A program made the position numbers and the translations under genes. From Fastidiosibacter lacustris (GTDB lineage Bacteria; Pseudomonadota; Gammaproteobacteria; Francisellales; Francisellaceae): a DNA stretch of 32,000 nt. The stretch is taken from assembly GCF_003428155.1 (NCBI RefSeq), contig NZ_QLIR01000009.1, positions 30,001-62,000 of the forward strand. Reading direction: 5' to 3'. Positions within the stretch are counted from its first letter, which is position 1. Every line of letters begins with the position of its first letter. Of the stretch, positions 28,676-32,000 are shown in pieces. The notes beneath the pieces are model-generated. The model worked only from the letters and a program-made list of their open reading frames with translations, did not search any database and had not been told where the DNA came from.

Positions 28676-29137
28676 ATGGGAAGCGAAAAAGATAACATTA
28701 GGCTTATTAAGAAATATCCTAATAGACGTTTATACGATACAAAAGGCAGCTGTTATATTACAGCTGAAGGCGTCCATAAATTGATTATAGAGCATGAAAA
28801 TGTCGTTGTGGTTGATAATAAGACAGGAAAAGATATCACACGTGGGGTGCTCATGCAAATCATTAATGATTTGGAAGAAAAGAGTCCAAGACAAATGTTT
28901 AGTAATGAATTCCTAGCACATGTAATTAAGTCTTATGGGACAGAGATGCAAAATACTTTGGTGTTATGCTTTAACAAAACACTTGACCTTTATTTAAGCC
29001 AAACTAATGCCCAAGAAGACTTAATAAAAAAATCCAGCAAACAGATGAATCCTAGTGATTATTTTAATACGATTGCCAGAGAAAATATCAGCCGCTGGCA
29101 AAAGTCTTGGGAAAACTTAAAAAGTACCAAAAAGTAA
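28676..29137 (+). CDS. phaR: polyhydroxyalkanoate synthesis repressor PhaR
   Basis: The N-terminal signature IKKYPNRRLYDTKGSCYIT is typical of the PhaR family. Confidence 0.85.
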   Translation: MGSEKDNIRLIKKYPNRRLYDTKGSCYITAEGVHKLIIEHENVVVVDNKTGKDITRGVLMQIINDLEEKSPRQMFSNEFLAHVIKSYGTEMQNTLVLCFNKTLDLYLSQTNAQEDLIKKSSKQMNPSDYFNTIARENISRWQKSWENLKSTKK

Positions 29138-29395
29138 TATTCCAAATACATACTTACTCATTGTAATTATTTATAATTGCTTCAATTTGCGGTTAATCGC
29201 AAAAAACTTTCTGAGAAACTATTAATTACAAAACACATATTACCCATATCTTCTTGGATTATTACTACTAACGATTACTGCTTTTATGCTGATCTATACA
29301 TAGTATATACTTTTTTAAACACTTCCTGCTCCTGGTTTTTAGAGTCCCGCATTCGCTTTGCTTAGCTCATAGCGGTTAATTAAACTAAGTTTAGG

Positions 29396-29707
29396 CTAGG
29401 CATTAATAAGTACTTTACGCTTAACACCCCAGCATCGACTTAACACGTTATATTTATTTATGCTTTTTTGTTTAAACATCTTCATGAAGTTGTCACGTTT
29501 AACACTTTTTTCAGCTATCCCAGACTTAAGCTTAATATTAAAGCGGTTCGCCCATTTACGAATTGTTCCATGCTTAAAACCCAACATTTTTTCAGCTTCT
29601 TGATAGGTCATCCCTTCGACAGCACAACGCTGTAAAACTTCCTCTGCACTACAGCCATATTTTTGTTGAATAATGTGTTCAAAACTTCCAGTGTATTGAT
29701 TCGCCAT
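29396..29707 (-). CDS. hypothetical small HTH DNA-binding protein (103 aa)
   Basis: There is a strong SD (AAAGAGGAAtatgtcATG). A predicted HTH lies around MTYQEAEKMLGFKHGTIRKWANRF, followed by a basic C-terminal tail. I do not recognise a family. Confidence 0.6.
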   Translation of the reverse strand: MANQYTGSFEHIIQQKYGCSAEEVLQRCAVEGMTYQEAEKMLGFKHGTIRKWANRFNIKLKSGIAEKSVKRDNFMKMFKQKSINKYNVLSRCWGVKRKVLINA

Positions 29708-29760
29708 GACATATTCCTCTTTCGTCTAAGTTTATAAATTCTTAACGTGATGCGCATTCT

Positions 29761-29788
29761 AAAAATGCAAACTTAAGACAAGCTTAAG
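29761..29788 (-). terminator. weak candidate intrinsic terminator after the NPr gene
   Basis: The minus strand reads CTTAAG-cttgt-CTTAAG (29772-29788), followed by TTTGCATTTTT. The stem is AT-rich, so this call is tentative. Confidence 0.3.
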
Positions 29789-29800
29789 ATAAACATAGTT

Positions 29801-30076
29801 TTAACTTTCTTCTCCAAAACGATCTTGAATGAGCGTTCGAATACTATCTAGTGCTTCTTGTGCATCTTCTCCTTCAGCACTTATTATAATTGATGTACCG
29901 CATGATGCTCCTAACATCATCAAGCCCATTATACTCTTACAATTTACTTTTACACCTGTTTTAACAACTTCCATATAAACGTCACTGCTGAATCTAAGTG
30001 CCAAATTTACAAGTTTAGAAGCAGCACGCGCATGCAAACCAAGTTGATTAATAATCACTAACTCAACTTCTTTCAT
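29801..30076 (-). CDS. ptsO: HPr-family phosphocarrier protein (NPr/HPr)
   Basis: The 91-aa product has His15 in GLHARAASKL and the regulatory Ser in CKSIMGLMMLG. Its start overlaps the stop of the upstream EIIA gene (ATGA). Confidence 0.9.
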   Translation of the reverse strand: MKEVELVIINQLGLHARAASKLVNLALRFSSDVYMEVVKTGVKVNCKSIMGLMMLGASCGTSIIISAEGEDAQEALDSIRTLIQDRFGEES

Positions 30077-30474
30077 ATTTTTCTTTTACCTTCTTCAAGT
30101 ACAATACAAGCTTTAGACGCATCATAAACTCTTTGTGCCAAATCATCCAATGCAATCTCTTGCTTATGATAAGTTAAGGCTTTTAATAACATAGGCATAT
30201 TCAACCCTGTAATAACAGATAAGTTATAAGCACACATGAAAGATTGTGTTACATTCGTTGGAGTCGCACCAAAAAGATCGGTTAGTACCAAAAAACCATT
30301 TGCTTCTGGCATACTCTTAAAAGATTCTTCCACACGCTCCAATAATTCAGGTTGATCAAACGAACAAGATGAAACAACCTGCACATATCCTTGTTGAATT
30401 TGCACCAAACGTGTTGCAACATCAAGCATCGCCTTACCGATACTGCCGTGGGTAATCAGTACAATACCAATCAT
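30073..30474 (-). CDS. PTS EIIA component, mannose/fructose family (stand-alone)
   Basis: The 133-aa product has an MIGIVLITHGSIG N-terminus, with the phosphorylatable His in THG. Its start overlaps the rapZ stop (ATGA). Confidence 0.85.
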   Translation of the reverse strand: MIGIVLITHGSIGKAMLDVATRLVQIQQGYVQVVSSCSFDQPELLERVEESFKSMPEANGFLVLTDLFGATPTNVTQSFMCAYNLSVITGLNMPMLLKALTYHKQEIALDDLAQRVYDASKACIVLEEGKRKI

Positions 30475-31352
30475 TTGTCTAATTCCCTATGCCAAATAAG
30501 TAAGTCTTCAAAACTTGTGCTTAATTTTTTATACAATGCTTCTGCAACATAAACAGAACGATGCTGTCCTCCTGTGCAACCAATGCCTATATCAATATAG
30601 CTTTTACCCTGCTTTTGTTGTAAGCCACACCATTTTGTTATAAAGAGACTAATATCTCTAATCATTTCATGTACTAGTGGTTGAGATTCTAGGTATTTGA
30701 TAACCTCTTGATCCTTTCCTGTCAATAAACGTAACTTCTTATTCCAATAAGGATTAATTAAGCTTCTAACATCAAATAGGTAATCTGCCTTTTGTGGCAT
30801 GCCGTGTTTAAAACCAAATGAAAACAACTTTATTTGTGTAATTGGTTCTCCTTGGTTAAGTAGTTTTTTTTGCAACAACTCCCGTAGCTGTTGTTGCGAT
30901 AAACTCGTTGTATCCAAGGTATAATCAGAAGCGTAAGCATACGACTCTAATGCGCTTAACTCTAAATCTATTGCTTTTTCCAGTGTCATCCCTTGCACCG
31001 AAAAAGGATGACGGCGACGCGTTTCATCATAACGCTTAATCAATACATTACGATCTGCCGTAATATACCAGCATGCCAAATTAAAATGATATTTTTTCTT
31101 TAAATCATCAACTATAAAAATCTCTGATTCTAAAAATGAATGTGGTGCTAATGATATAACAATATTTTTATTATATTGCTCGGTATTAAGAAGATGGAAA
31201 AGTGTCTGATCTAATAAAAAATAAGGTAGGTTTTCAATACAAAAAAAACCCTGATCCTCTAAAATACTTAATACTGTTGATTTACCAGCACCAGAAACGC
31301 CAGCTAAAAGCACAACCGACTTAGGTGTACTACTCACGCAATTTATAACCAT
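30471..31352 (-). CDS. rapZ: RNase adapter protein RapZ (YhbJ)
   Basis: The product has a Walker A motif (GVSGAGKST), EDQGFFCIENLP, and a C-terminal GCTGGQHRSV matching E. coli RapZ. Confidence 0.9.
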   Translation of the reverse strand: MVINCVSSTPKSVVLLAGVSGAGKSTVLSILEDQGFFCIENLPYFLLDQTLFHLLNTEQYNKNIVISLAPHSFLESEIFIVDDLKKKYHFNLACWYITADRNVLIKRYDETRRRHPFSVQGMTLEKAIDLELSALESYAYASDYTLDTTSLSQQQLRELLQKKLLNQGEPITQIKLFSFGFKHGMPQKADYLFDVRSLINPYWNKKLRLLTGKDQEVIKYLESQPLVHEMIRDISLFITKWCGLQQKQGKSYIDIGIGCTGGQHRSVYVAEALYKKLSTSFEDLLIWHRELDK

Positions 31353-31395
31353 TGTTCTTATTTTTAATCTCGTCAGTTTAGCAAATCTTTTATCT

Positions 31396-31821
31396 CTACC
31401 CTAATAAATTTTGCAATTCTTGGTAACACATCTGCCAACTTTTTTTATATACATCAATATCAATGACATCACACGCCAATAAATTGGCGCGTTTTATGTA
31501 GGTCTCTAGTTGCTGCTTTTCATATAAATATACTACATGTGTGATATATGCTGATGCTTGAGTTTGTTTGACTATACAAAATCCTTTATCATGAATGTGA
31601 AGTTTCCCCTGATAAGCCCTATTATATAAAGAACCAAGCCAGATTGTCTCTATTTTTTCCACTACAACCAAATCGTCTGCTACTAATGAAAAACCATAAT
31701 TTGTAACCAAATAATGACTAAAACTAGATTTACCGATATTAGACTCGCCAATAATCAGCAAACCAAGTTTATTCATATTTGCAACTAAATTTGCATGCCA
31801 GTACTCAAGTTTTTTGTTCAT
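31396..31821 (-). CDS. hprK: HPr kinase/phosphorylase-like protein, C-terminal domain only
   Basis: The product aligns by eye to the catalytic domain of B. subtilis HprK/P: WHANLV... versus IHGVLV..., LLIIGESNIGKS versus VLITGKSGVGKS, and LVADD versus LVADD. I prefer the ATG at 31821 (MNKKLEYW...), which overlaps the ptsN 3' end by 17 nt. The track start at 31884 would lie deep inside ptsN. Confidence 0.7.
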   Translation of the reverse strand: MNKKLEYWHANLVANMNKLGLLIIGESNIGKSSFSHYLVTNYGFSLVADDLVVVEKIETIWLGSLYNRAYQGKLHIHDKGFCIVKQTQASAYITHVVYLYEKQQLETYIKRANLLACDVIDIDVYKKSWQMCYQELQNLLG

Positions 31822-32000
31822 CTTTAAAAAATATTTGATAAAGCTCTTCATTCGAGCTTGCTGCGTGAATACTATCAAGCACACCTGGAGACTTTAAAAA
31901 TTTAACGAGTTCAGCTATAAATTGAATATGTACATCACTTACATTTTTAGGGAAAATCACTGCAATGAAGACACCTACTTTTTGTTCAGCTGTGTCATAC
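31805..32000 (-). CDS. ptsN: PTS EIIA-Ntr (PtsN), 3' fragment (continues past the right edge)
   Basis: My manual minus-strand translation gives ...YDTAEQKVGVFIAVIFPKNVSDVHIQFIAELVKFLKSPGVLDSIHAASSNEELYQIFFKDEQKT*. This parallels the E. coli PtsN C-terminus (...LLFALLVP...HLHTLSLVAKRLADKTICRRLRAAQSDEELYQII). The stop is at 31805-31807. Confidence 0.8.
   Translation of the reverse strand, partial: YDTAEQKVGVFIAVIFPKNVSDVHIQFIAELVKFLKSPGVLDSIHAASSNEELYQIFFKDEQKT

Noticed and set aside
29326-29356. GGTTTTTAGAGTCCCGCATTCGC resembles a tRNA T-loop/acceptor 3' end, raising the possibility of an att-site remnant.
   Set aside because: There is no complementary 5' T-stem (GCGGG) and no TTCGA loop, and no intact tRNA or integrase lies nearby. 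The resemblance is too loose.
29177-29365. A 62-aa + strand ORF in the phaR/HTH-gene spacer.
   Set aside because: It has a TTG start and no SD, lies in a very AT-rich segment, and its composition is odd. I treat the region as non-coding.

Overview
This window is AT-rich chromosomal DNA, apparently from a gammaproteobacterium. A Legionellales- or Thiotrichales-like origin is my inference from gene content and order only. The window is dominated by conserved housekeeping genes. I did not find a CRISPR array, transposase, integrase, tRNA/rRNA gene, or a multi-gene cluster of unknown function that would look like a defence or mobile system.

Gene content, left to right:
- DedA-family protein, an MHS-type MFS transporter, gshA, trmB, a small membrane ORF, and a stand-alone fis.
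- A truncated RodZ-like HTH membrane protein coupled to nagZ.
- A roughly 10 kb co-directional minus-strand block: AI-2E transporter, recJ, tkt, gap, pgk, pyk, fba.
- A hypothetical membrane protein.
- cydA-cydB plus a 52-aa downstream ORF that is missing from the ORF track, divergent from an fnr homologue. A perfect FNR box lies in the shared intergenic region.
- A zwf-pgl-pgi operon, followed by a 532 bp gene-free gap.
- trmL, rbsK, a Nif3/YbgI-family gene, phaR, and an orphan 103-aa HTH gene.
- A permease-less PTS regulatory cassette: ptsN (3' end), a short hprK, rapZ, EIIA(Man) and NPr.

Several ORF-track starts look too long, and I re-called them from homologue N-termini and Shine-Dalgarno (SD) positions.

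The most interesting items are modest:
- the PTS cassette, whose HprK-like protein has an apparently degenerate signature motif;
- the unlisted cyd-operon micro-ORF;
- the FNR box geometry;
- the silent zwf/trmL gap with GGA motifs;
- the orphan HTH gene.

Nothing here can honestly be called a demonstrated novel system.
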